Positions 19,118 through 28,130 of a stretch of 38,747 bases of DNA are shown piece by piece. A program made the position numbers and the translations under genes. The stretch covers positions 1 through 38,747 of the forward strand of contig SDNP01000029.1 in assembly GCA_004524445.1 (NCBI GenBank), read 5' to 3'. This stretch comes from Candidatus Thorarchaeota archaeon. Its GTDB lineage: Archaea > Asgardarchaeota > Thorarchaeia > Thorarchaeales > Thorarchaeaceae. The notes beneath the pieces were generated by a model that was not told where the DNA came from, ran no database searches, and saw only the letters and a program-made list of their open reading frames with translations. Each line of letters opens with the position of its first letter. Position 1 is the first letter of the stretch.

Positions 19118-20242
19118 TTAGAATTCAGGAAGTTCTTCGTACCTGTGGCAGAAAATCCAATGATCATCTTCCACTTCACGATACTCAGGAACCTGTTCGA
19201 CACAGATGTTTCTCTTGTACTGGCATCTAGGATGAAAAGGACAGCCAGATGGTGGATTCGTCATATCGGGTGGACTTCCTGGAATCCCTCGAAGAATCAA
19301 ACCCTTCTCCCTGATTCTCCGTATCATTTCCATTGATGGGTTGCTCATGAGAAAGGCTCTTGTGAATGGGTGTCCAGGGTACATTAGAATGGTTTCCGCG
19401 TCTGCGAACTCCATTATGCGTCCTGCAGACATGACTGCTATTCTGTCTGCGGTTTCTGCCATGAGACCCTGGTCATTAGTGATAAGGAGCATAGTCAAGT
19501 CCAGCTTCTCACGTACCAAATTGATGGCATCCATAATTCGTCCTTGCACTCCAACATCGAGGGCTGTAGTTGGCTCATCAGCAATGAGGATTTCAGGTAC
19601 CATTATGAGCGCCATGGCAATCAACACCCGTTGGTCTTCTCCCATGCTGAATTCCTTGGGTTTCAAGGCCTTGCGGATGTCTATATCACCAATCTCTACC
19701 AGGTCCAAGACCTGGAGTACCCGCCTCAGGACCTCCCTCTCATATAGAACACTCTCATCATCGTGAGCCCATAGCGATTCAGCTGTCTGTAGTTGAATGT
19801 TAGTATATGGATTCAATGACTTCATTGTTCCTTGAGGGACATAGGTAATCTCATTTCCTCGAATTTTCCTGAACTCTTCTTCGTTGAGGGCGAGTAAGTC
19901 CTCTCCTTTATACCAGATGTGACCTTCAACTCCGGGCAGCTTCTCTCCAATGTCATCAGAAGTCTTGCCCTCTTTGCGAGCTTTCTCACGCAGTTCCCAA
20001 AGTCTCTTGTTTTCTTTGTCACCCGATGCTGAACCGAATTTTGCTGTCTTCTCAAATATCCCCAAAATCGCCAACGCTACAGAAGACTTGCCAGCGCCGG
20101 ATTCGCCGAAGAGACCTACTGATTCCCCTCTCCTGATGCCGAATGATACATCATTGACAGCGTGCACCAAACCACGTTTTGACGTATAGGCCGCCCTTAG
20201 GTTTTCTACCTTCAGAACGTATTCATCAGCATGTTCTGGCAT
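19118..20242 (-). CDS. Second orphan OppD-like ABC ATPase with degenerate signature and H-loop
   Basis: GESGAGKS, FSMGEDQR, IADEPTTALD, ITND (canonical ITHD), GCPFHPRC...C...CH. Confidence 0.92.
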   Translation of the reverse strand: MPEHADEYVLKVENLRAAYTSKRGLVHAVNDVSFGIRRGESVGLFGESGAGKSSVALAILGIFEKTAKFGSASGDKENKRLWELREKARKEGKTSDDIGEKLPGVEGHIWYKGEDLLALNEEEFRKIRGNEITYVPQGTMKSLNPYTNIQLQTAESLWAHDDESVLYEREVLRRVLQVLDLVEIGDIDIRKALKPKEFSMGEDQRVLIAMALIMVPEILIADEPTTALDVGVQGRIMDAINLVREKLDLTMLLITNDQGLMAETADRIAVMSAGRIMEFADAETILMYPGHPFTRAFLMSNPSMEMIRRIREKGLILRGIPGSPPDMTNPPSGCPFHPRCQYKRNICVEQVPEYREVEDDHWIFCHRYEELPEF

Positions 20243-20348
20243 AGAAAAGCCAATGTAGCGTTACCAAAAATACTCTCCGAAACAAGCAGTTTCAATGCAA
20301 ACATTATTGGAGAATAATATGCGCAAATTCGACATGAGATGGCTTCTA

Positions 20349-20690
20349 TTACTCGGCGTCAATCAATGCTTCACAATTGTGACATTTGCCAGACTTGCCC
20401 GTGACCCAGATGATCTTGGAGAAATCCAGTTGAATTTTGCAGTAGGGACAGGTTTTGGGGAAGCTTATGGTTCCATTATGAATATCGAATTCGTCAGGGA
20501 TAGACCGGTCTGCGGTGGCACTTGTCATGAAAGCCCTACGTGACCGCATATTCGATTTAGCATATGCATAGACAAGGTACCCTCCAATAGCTAGCAAAAT
20601 GGGAAGAATAATTCCAATCCAGATGAGAATAGAACCCAGCAAATCAAAGCTGAGCTGGAATAGATAAATGCTGAACAGAGGGAGAAACAA
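20349..20690 (-). CDS. Membrane-anchored zinc-ribbon protein
   Basis: N-terminal TM; CPYC...CHNC; GGAGGT SD before TTG. Confidence 0.75.
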   Translation of the reverse strand: MFLPLFSIYLFQLSFDLLGSILIWIGIILPILLAIGGYLVYAYAKSNMRSRRAFMTSATADRSIPDEFDIHNGTISFPKTCPYCKIQLDFSKIIWVTGKSGKCHNCEALIDAE

Positions 20691-20729
20691 GATTCTACCT
20701 CCCTCCGTTATTTTTGATGCTACTGATGC

Positions 20730-21923
20730 TCATTCCTCAATATCAATCTCTGTTCCATTAACAAAGACCCGTTCCACCCTACTATAGAACTCGAAGGGGT
20801 GCCCGGACCAAATTACTATGTCTGCGTCCTTGCCTTTCTCCAATGACCCAACTCGCTTATCCACACCCAAAATTTCAGCTGGATTGATTGTCACGCATTT
20901 CAACGCATCATCACGGCTCATACCTAGTTTGATTACGTTCATTGGAAGCAGCGGGAAGTAATTCATGGGTGTGAGTGAATCAGTTTGAAGGGCAACCTTT
21001 ACACCCGCTTTGTTCAAAATGACTGCAGTTTCAAAACCTCGTTCCCTTGTTTCGGGCTTTGAAACCCAGTACATGGTGGGGCCAATCACGGCAGGCACCT
21101 CTGACTTCGCAATGTGGTCTGCAATCTTATGACCCTCTGTGCAATGTATCAAAACTAATCTGAGATTGAATTCTTTGGCCAGTCGAATAACTGTAGCAAT
21201 ATCATCAGCACGATGGGCGTGAGCGTGTAGCGGTATTTCCCGTTTTACAACTTTGGCAATCATCTCAAGACCCAAATCTCGTTTAGGTGGTTTTGGTGGT
21301 GCCTTGCCCTCCCCCTTTGCTTCTCTTGCTTTTGAGCCGAACGCCTTCCACTCGTCCATATAGTTCTGAGCATCCGTTATTGTCTTTCGAAGCAAAGCGG
21401 CTATACCCATTCGAGTTGAGGGCATCCTGCTATTATCGCGACCATGAACGCGCTTTGGATTTTCTCCTAGTGCCACTTTCAGTCCTGATGGCGCTTGGAG
21501 AATCATGTCTTCAACGACCTTGCTGCCAACTGGCTTGATCACAAAAGCTTGCCCACCGATTACATTTCCTGAACCTGGACCTGTATTCAGTGAAGTGACT
21601 CCACCTAGTAATGCTTCACTGAGAGAGGGCTCATGAGGATTGAAACCATCAATGGCTCTCATATGAGGTGTAATTGGCTCGGTCATTTCGTTCCCGTCAC
21701 TTCCGGCCCAGCCGATTGAACCATCGAAGAGACCCTGATGTGTATGGGCATCAATGAAACCCGGAAGAATGAATTTTCCTTCCGCATCTATTATCTCAGC
21801 ATTCTTAGGGATTTTGATGTCTTTTCCGACAGATTTTATTTTTCTGTCATCAAAAACTACAGTACCACCATCGATTTGGCCATTGATAGGACACAGGATT
21901 GTGCCATTTATGATTGCCTTCAT
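20730..21923 (-). CDS. Metal-dependent amidohydrolase (imidazolonepropionase-like)
   Basis: PGFIDAHTH, KVALGENPK, HAHRADDI, IHCTEG, TINPAEILG, GSLEKGKDAD. Confidence 0.92.
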   Translation of the reverse strand: MKAIINGTILCPINGQIDGGTVVFDDRKIKSVGKDIKIPKNAEIIDAEGKFILPGFIDAHTHQGLFDGSIGWAGSDGNEMTEPITPHMRAIDGFNPHEPSLSEALLGGVTSLNTGPGSGNVIGGQAFVIKPVGSKVVEDMILQAPSGLKVALGENPKRVHGRDNSRMPSTRMGIAALLRKTITDAQNYMDEWKAFGSKAREAKGEGKAPPKPPKRDLGLEMIAKVVKREIPLHAHAHRADDIATVIRLAKEFNLRLVLIHCTEGHKIADHIAKSEVPAVIGPTMYWVSKPETRERGFETAVILNKAGVKVALQTDSLTPMNYFPLLPMNVIKLGMSRDDALKCVTINPAEILGVDKRVGSLEKGKDADIVIWSGHPFEFYSRVERVFVNGTEIDIEE

Positions 21924-22036
21924 TATCGCTCACACAAAGAGGTGATTATTCATCAGAGAAAAGTGTTCTTGTTAATCCGGCACTCTGAGTTCCGTTCAAC
22001 ACTGTATTGAAATACTTGAATATGCAAAACACACAC

Positions 22037-22873
22037 ATGCCAGACGGATGTACAATAGGCGCGCTTAACATGGATGAAAAGCGCTACCTCTTCAAGAATC
22101 GGGATTTAGTCTATCCGGACTTCAAAGACACAACCAAATTCGATGATGAAGCTTTTCTAGTGACAGGTGTGAATATTGCAGTTGGAAAGCCAACAGGTGC
22201 ATCGATTGGTATCAATAAACATGGCGTGATGATGGCTAGTTCTACAGTATTGATCTCACAGGACCCTCCTTACGATGACCTTCTCCAATTGCTCTTGAGA
22301 GAAGCAAAATCACTGAGTGAGGCAGTCAGTATCGTGAGAGATGATTTGGATAGCGGGTCCAAATACCAATGGTGCAACTTCGTGATTTCTGATTCTAAGA
22401 AAGTGGGTATTATTGAAATCGGAAATGGTGAGATGGTTACGGAGAGTGATGTTAGAATGGCTGTGAGAACCAACCATCATCTTAAGCTCCCTACCTCTAA
22501 GCTCCTAGAGTCTGCACCACCTGAAATGAGAGAAGCTGCTGGATCACTGACCACAAGTCGATACAGGCTACAAGTGGCGTTTGCAATGCTAGAGGATGCA
22601 AAAGTTCTAACGGATATCACTCAGATGCTAAGCTCACATTCTGAAGGAAGGGGCTTTGACTCAATATGCAGACATTATCATCCAAATGAAAACAGGTATC
22701 GAGGAATGACCTCGTACTCTTACATATTGGAATCTCTCGAGTCTGAGGATAGTCCAGAGTACAGAATCCACGTTGTCCGGGGAAATCCGTGCGAATCGGC
22801 ATACCAGACTCTAGAAATTGATTTTGCAGGCACGCCTGCTGAAAAGGATAGGCTTGTTTCTGGTTTCCCTTGA
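22037..22873 (+). CDS. Ntn-hydrolase (peptidase C45/C69-like)
   Basis: N-terminal GCT nucleophile, FKNRD, GINKHG, RTNH, SICRH, GNPC. Confidence 0.78.
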   Translation: MPDGCTIGALNMDEKRYLFKNRDLVYPDFKDTTKFDDEAFLVTGVNIAVGKPTGASIGINKHGVMMASSTVLISQDPPYDDLLQLLLREAKSLSEAVSIVRDDLDSGSKYQWCNFVISDSKKVGIIEIGNGEMVTESDVRMAVRTNHHLKLPTSKLLESAPPEMREAAGSLTTSRYRLQVAFAMLEDAKVLTDITQMLSSHSEGRGFDSICRHYHPNENRYRGMTSYSYILESLESEDSPEYRIHVVRGNPCESAYQTLEIDFAGTPAEKDRLVSGFP

Positions 22874-22955
22874 TCTGAAGAGCACAAAGGTATCTACAGT
22901 TGGATATATCAGATAGAAGCAATCTCCACTCTACTAGAAAAGCGGTCGATTCATT

Positions 22956-23867
22956 ATGACATCAGAAAAGCTCCGTAATGCCCTGAAAGGGGTTGCAATT
23001 ACAACAGCGACACCATTTACTAAAGACCTATCCAATATTGATTTGAATGGCTTGAAGGAGAACCTCCGATTTTTATCAAAACATGGTATCTCATTGTTTG
23101 TTCCGTGTGGAAACACAGGTGAGTACTATTCTCTGTCTGATGAAGAGTGGAAGTCCGTAGTGGAAACCACAATCGAATCCACCAACAATGATGCTTGCGT
23201 GTTGGCGGGCGCAGGAGGCTCAATCAAGACTGCTCTGAACCAGACAAAAATTGCCAGTGAGCTAGGTGCTGATGGCATTATGATTATGTATCCTCGGCAT
23301 GTATTTGCCTCCGCTGAGGGGTTACTCAATTATTGCCAGAGGATCATTGACGCTGCCAATGAAATTGGAGTTGTATTATACAAAAAAGGAAATCTCATGA
23401 CTGATGCTGTGCTGACATCTCTCACTAAGAATGAAAATCTTGTTGGAGTAAAATATGCACATGGCAGGATAGTGGACTTTGCAAAGACCGTCGAAGATCT
23501 TGGGAACAAAGTGGTGTGGTCTTGTGGCACAGCCGAGAGATTTGCACCGTTCTTTTGGCTTGCTGGGGCAGAAGGGTTCACATCCGGTCTTGGGAACTTC
23601 GCCCCCGAAATATCTCTCCAAATGTTCGAAGCACTGAAGAAGGGGGACTATTCTGGTGCAATGGAAATACAGCTAAAGATAACGCCCTTGGAATACCTCC
23701 GTGAAGGCAGAGAAAAGGCAAACAATGTTCCAGTTGTCAAGGCTGCATTAGATTATATTGGGCTTCATGGTGGTAAATGCCGCCCACCAATCCATCCGCT
23801 TAGAATCAAGGAAAAGACAGAGGTCTTGGATGTGGTTTCATCCTGGAATTTGTCAAGACTCCGGTAG
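22956..23867 (+). CDS. DapA/DHDPS-family class I aldolase/dehydratase, substrate unknown
   Basis: TPF, PCGNTGEY, VLY, Schiff-base Lys in GVKYA. Confidence 0.88.
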   Translation: MTSEKLRNALKGVAITTATPFTKDLSNIDLNGLKENLRFLSKHGISLFVPCGNTGEYYSLSDEEWKSVVETTIESTNNDACVLAGAGGSIKTALNQTKIASELGADGIMIMYPRHVFASAEGLLNYCQRIIDAANEIGVVLYKKGNLMTDAVLTSLTKNENLVGVKYAHGRIVDFAKTVEDLGNKVVWSCGTAERFAPFFWLAGAEGFTSGLGNFAPEISLQMFEALKKGDYSGAMEIQLKITPLEYLREGREKANNVPVVKAALDYIGLHGGKCRPPIHPLRIKEKTEVLDVVSSWNLSRLR

Positions 23868-24860
23868 AAGTTCATTCCTGTGCATTTCAATTAGATGAGC
23901 CGTCCAACCTGCTGATCTGGCAACCGCAAAAAGGTCCGTATTGAACCGGGGCGCAATCTCCATGGTTGCATATACTGCTGCGTTGTACAAGTCCACATTG
24001 GGATGAACTCGGATTCCCTTTTCTTCCCAAAGGAGCTCCGCTCCAACTTCAGCCACCTCTGTTATTAACTCTGGTAGCCAGTATTGATTTGTACCCTCTG
24101 TTCTCCTGTCTAGCATCTCCGCGAGAATTTTGGCACGTGGGTCAGTGGTTTGGTAAATCCTATGTCCTAGTCCATGTACTCTCTTGCCCGAGTCGATTCT
24201 CTTGCGAAGGGCCTCCTCAGTTGACTTCGATTTCTGAAGATGAAGGAGCATTTTGTATGCTTCATGACCCGCCCCATGATGGAGCGATCCGGTATGCTCT
24301 GCGAGGGCTTTGCTTAATGCTTGTACAATATTGCCATTCTCTCTAAAGCTTCTCATGAGTGCTGATAGGGACGGATTATCGGGATCATCCATATGTAGAA
24401 TTAGACAAGTCTCAAAATCCCTAAGATCACTCTCAGGAATGCCTCTGTCTGAATAGAGGGTGTACACCGACCTCGCATGAGTGTGATGCTCGTCATTTAG
24501 CAATTGATTCCCATCATTTCTATCAGCACTCGCTAGGCGGAGATAGTACGGAAGATTACTAACAAAACAATAGAGCTTTTCATCCTCTTGAAGACCCGTG
24601 AATACTCCTGTTCTGTCCATATATTTCGGAATCTGCTTTGGATGGCTTAGGGATGATTCTGTGTTGCGAATTGAAGTTCTAACTCTCAATCCTGAGAGAG
24701 ATGTCTTGAAGCTTTCGAGTTCTGATTCTTCTGGAAGAGATCCATTAACTAGTAGAAAAAAACAGCTTTCAAACGATTGCTCTTTCGCAAGACTATCTAT
24801 TCTTTTTTCCCTGTAGTACAGAAGGCCTTCGTCTTGGTCGATTCTACTTATGGGACCCAT
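23853..24860 (-). CDS. Citrate synthase-family protein, atypical
   Basis: ID...GLLYYR, GSLHHGAG, GLGHRIYQTTDPRA, PNVDLY, LFAVARSAGWTAH. Confidence 0.85.
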   Translation of the reverse strand: MGPISRIDQDEGLLYYREKRIDSLAKEQSFESCFFLLVNGSLPEESELESFKTSLSGLRVRTSIRNTESSLSHPKQIPKYMDRTGVFTGLQEDEKLYCFVSNLPYYLRLASADRNDGNQLLNDEHHTHARSVYTLYSDRGIPESDLRDFETCLILHMDDPDNPSLSALMRSFRENGNIVQALSKALAEHTGSLHHGAGHEAYKMLLHLQKSKSTEEALRKRIDSGKRVHGLGHRIYQTTDPRAKILAEMLDRRTEGTNQYWLPELITEVAEVGAELLWEEKGIRVHPNVDLYNAAVYATMEIAPRFNTDLFAVARSAGWTAHLIEMHRNELLPES

Positions 24861-24907
24861 GGAGGTATAAGCACTATTTCGCCATATCTCTTTTATTACT
24901 CGAGACG

Positions 24908-25594
24908 CTAATCTCTTTCTCCCAATCTAGGCCTTGCTTTCAAAAGAATGGCTATTCCGAGAATCGGGAATAGCAGCTCCAGATAGCCTCCTTGGTACAA
25001 CAAAAGCAAAAACATGCCAACAAGCAATAATAAAGCAGTCTTTGCTATAGTCTCACCCGCCCTCCACCCAGGCGGCTTTTTGTAGACCAGAAGCCACAAT
25101 AATGGGATGGCGAATATGAGTGAGGAAAACCCTGCAGCGTAGCTCAAATTTACCATCTTTGTTACCGAAATAGATACTATCGCCTCTGTTCTTGAATGAT
25201 ATTCTAATCGGACATCGAATTCACCAGTCGTATAAATGGCATTAATGTGGCCGTCTCGATAACCTATTTGGAAAGTTATGTCATTCTCTCCTTCGATTCT
25301 TACCACTTGACTGTAAATCCATTTTCTTAGAGAACGATAGTATATGCCTCCCGCCACCCGGCGATAGACCCAGTCCCCGCCCTCATGGAACTCAACCGAT
25401 ACAAAGGCAAATTCGCTGTGAAGCAGACTGAACTTGAAGATTCGGTACTCATCTTGATTACTCCCTGCAATATATGTTGTTTCATGAACCGATTCTGGTA
25501 TGCCAACTGGAATAGGATTGACTAGAAGCCCTCCCCCAACCAAAAACAATATGGCTAGAATCTTGGGGTAATAATTTGTTTTCATCCCTTTCAA
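24908..25594 (-). CDS. Membrane protein, hypothetical
   Basis: N-terminal TM, beta-rich middle region, C-terminal TMs. Confidence 0.7.
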   Translation of the reverse strand: MKGMKTNYYPKILAILFLVGGGLLVNPIPVGIPESVHETTYIAGSNQDEYRIFKFSLLHSEFAFVSVEFHEGGDWVYRRVAGGIYYRSLRKWIYSQVVRIEGENDITFQIGYRDGHINAIYTTGEFDVRLEYHSRTEAIVSISVTKMVNLSYAAGFSSLIFAIPLLWLLVYKKPPGWRAGETIAKTALLLLVGMFLLLLYQGGYLELLFPILGIAILLKARPRLGERD

Positions 25595-25771
25595 GCCCTC
25601 TCATCAATGTTGCTTAACAATGTGATAGTATTGATTTCAGTTTATGCATCTTTATTATGAATAACATTCTCCTTTTCCTGGATAGGGTAGTACATTTCTG
25701 TCATTTTTCACAAGACATATAGGGATGAGGTTTTTTCTTTCAAGTAACACGTAGAAGGGTGTTTCAGTCTA

Positions 25772-26773
25772 ATGACAATACGTTTGGCTATCAATGGCTT
25801 TGGACGGATAGGAAGAAGATTTGCAGCTTTTGCCCTAAAGTCAAAGCATTTTGAAATAGTGGCAATTAATGACTTGGCGGATGCAAAAACTCTCACGCAT
25901 CTGTTCAAGTATGATACAGTCTTTGGAAAGCATGATGGAACTGTCAAGTATGAGGATGGGCATATTTTTATTGATGGACATAAAATCAAGATGCTTTCAG
26001 AGCGAAATCCGGCAGAATTGCCGTGGAAGGAGATGAAGGTCGATATAGTAATCGAATCGACAGGTATATTCAGGAAGAAAGAGGATGCGGAGAAACACCT
26101 TGAGGCTGGAGCAAAGAAGGTGTTAATCAGTGCTCCCGGGAAGAGTCCAATGCGGACGATTGTTCTTGGAGTCAATGAAGATGAGTATGATCCAAAGAAT
26201 GACCATGTGCTATCCAACGCTTCATGCACAACCAATTGCCTTACACCTGTTGCTAAAGTTCTGCACGAGGAGTTCGGTATTAAGAAGGGACTAATGACGA
26301 CTACCCATGCTGTGACCACAAGTCAAAGTATTCTTGACCTCCCACACAAGGATCTTCGAAGAGCAAGAGCTGCAGGATGGAATATCATTCCGACAACAAC
26401 TGGTGCTGCCAAAGCAACAGCTTTGGTGTACCCAGAGATGGAGGGCAGGCTTGACGCTATGGCGATGAGAGTACCTGTGATGGATGGATCGGTGGTTGAC
26501 TTAACAGCGGTTCTTGAAAAGGAGGTCACGTTGGATGAGGTCAATGAGGCATTCATGAAGGCTGCCGAGGGAGAGCTAAAGGGCATACTTGAATATGCGG
26601 ACGAGCCCATTGTTTCATCTGATATTATTGGCAATACACATTCAAGCATCTACGATTCATTGGCGACAATTGTCATGGGTGATATGGTAAAGGTGCTTTC
26701 ATGGTATGACAATGAAGCTGGCTATGCGATGCGAATGGTTAATCTCGCAGAGTATGTAGCCAAGAAGCTTTGA
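25772..26773 (+). CDS. gap: Glyceraldehyde-3-phosphate dehydrogenase, bacterial type I
   Basis: INGFGRIGR, SNASCTTNCL, NIIPTTTGAAKA, SWYDNE. Confidence 0.97.
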   Translation: MTIRLAINGFGRIGRRFAAFALKSKHFEIVAINDLADAKTLTHLFKYDTVFGKHDGTVKYEDGHIFIDGHKIKMLSERNPAELPWKEMKVDIVIESTGIFRKKEDAEKHLEAGAKKVLISAPGKSPMRTIVLGVNEDEYDPKNDHVLSNASCTTNCLTPVAKVLHEEFGIKKGLMTTTHAVTTSQSILDLPHKDLRRARAAGWNIIPTTTGAAKATALVYPEMEGRLDAMAMRVPVMDGSVVDLTAVLEKEVTLDEVNEAFMKAAEGELKGILEYADEPIVSSDIIGNTHSSIYDSLATIVMGDMVKVLSWYDNEAGYAMRMVNLAEYVAKKL

Positions 26774-26801
26774 AACAGAACAGAATCTCGCATTTTGTGG
26801 C

Positions 26802-26840
26802 GAAGAGGGTACAAAATCTACCCTCTTCTATTCCCCTTTT
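26802..26840. terminator. Hairpin between the convergent gap and heliorhodopsin genes
   Basis: Perfect 10-bp stem GAAGAGGGTA-caaaatc-TACCCTCTTC followed by a pyrimidine run. Confidence 0.7.
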
Positions 26841-26910
26841 CATGTGATTACTTTTTTCATTCTTGCGGAATGCCATGACTGTTTCTTAAGTGAAGTAGGG
26901 TCATTGCTCG

Positions 26911-27735
26911 CTAAAAAGGTGCAAATATGCCCACAAACACAATCCATGCTAGCGCTGTCTTAGCAATGAAACTCAATACGATATACATTCGTTCTCCATA
27001 GAGATAATCACTCCACTTGCTTACACCTTTGTACTGAAGAAGCATATTGAGTGCGAAGATGTTAAACAAAATGAAATAGATGAATATGATCATATACACG
27101 AAAGTTGGAGGTTCCAAACCAGAAGTTTGGATTGCATTATAGAAGTACGAATATAACACAATCCAAGGAACGAAACCGGAAATACATCCAAAAAGAAAGG
27201 GAGTCCAATTTGTTTTCTCTGTGTGTTGATTCAGGACTTCCATGAGGTATCCGAACATTATCATTGTTGCGTTCAGAACTGTGATCATAACCAGTGACCA
27301 AAAGTCCACTATTCCCGTCAGGAATGTGATGAGGAATATCATTACTGAGCTGGATACAGAATATTCGTACCACCTGTACGGGTTCATTCCCTTCTGAAGA
27401 TTGGTGATGTACCTGCTATTCAAAGGGAATGCAATCAGAAAGTGTGCCAATGAAGACATCAGAGGAAATGATGCAAGAATGACCCCAATATTTGTTACAG
27501 TGTACAATACGGTAGGCGCCGGACCAACCTCAATTATGAAGGGCTCTGTGCTTATCACATTGAAATCGATATAGAATGTATAAAGGTCAGCCTCCCATTC
27601 CAAGGTTAGACCTAGAATTAGCATCAGGACACCCATTATTAGATGTAGTGCTCCAGCAGCTATGTTGAACTTTTTCAAGTATGACGCAGTGATATTTGAT
27701 TTTGAGAAGACATCTCCTTCGGTACTCTCAGTCAT
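26911..27735 (-). CDS. Heliorhodopsin
   Basis: FNIAAGALHL (TM1 His), SSLAHF (TM2 His), NPYRWYEYSVSSSVM (counterion Glu), YGERMYIVLSFIAKTALAW (retinal Lys in SxxxK); 7 TM. Confidence 0.95.
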   Translation of the reverse strand: MTESTEGDVFSKSNITASYLKKFNIAAGALHLIMGVLMLILGLTLEWEADLYTFYIDFNVISTEPFIIEVGPAPTVLYTVTNIGVILASFPLMSSLAHFLIAFPLNSRYITNLQKGMNPYRWYEYSVSSSVMIFLITFLTGIVDFWSLVMITVLNATMIMFGYLMEVLNQHTEKTNWTPFLFGCISGFVPWIVLYSYFYNAIQTSGLEPPTFVYMIIFIYFILFNIFALNMLLQYKGVSKWSDYLYGERMYIVLSFIAKTALAWIVFVGIFAPF

Positions 27736-27879
27736 AGTAACCGTAAAACATAGCTTATGCATGATATTAAAGGCTTCGAATCACATTTTTTCTGTAATAA
27801 GCTTCTTCCTCATGAACGTGGCTGGAGCAAAAGAGTTTCAAGTCACGGACTGGCGATTGCACTAGGTGAGAAGCTAGCT

Positions 27880-28032
27880 ATGAGCAATCATTCCCAGCAT
27901 CTATGTGAGTATTCACGCCATCATGGTGTGGAAGAAATGCGAGAGCGCGTTAAGAATCCAAAGTGGATTTGTGAGGTCTGCGGCAGAGCAGCTAACAAGG
28001 AAGAATTCCTTTGCCGTCCTGTAAAGATGTAA
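27880..28032 (+). CDS. 50-aa Cys/His-rich putative metal-binding protein
   Basis: MSNHSQHLC...PKWICEVCGRAANKEEFLCRP; GGTGA SD upstream. Confidence 0.8.
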   Translation: MSNHSQHLCEYSRHHGVEEMRERVKNPKWICEVCGRAANKEEFLCRPVKM

Positions 28033-28130
28033 GCAAAAGCATTCCTAAAAGAATTCGAAGTCAATCCTTCCGTCCGTCATCTGATAGGAGCATTTTTCAT
28101 CTGCTCTACGCTTCCTTATGACTGATTCAT

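Noticed and set aside
22956-23867. Calling it dapA
   Set aside because: GNTGE instead of GTTGE and no lysine-pathway neighbours.
25708-26649. Long antisense ORFs opposite gap (and similar shadow ORFs opposite opp, rnf and DUF4139 genes)
   Set aside because: They overlap well-supported genes, lack motifs, and are expected from codon bias.
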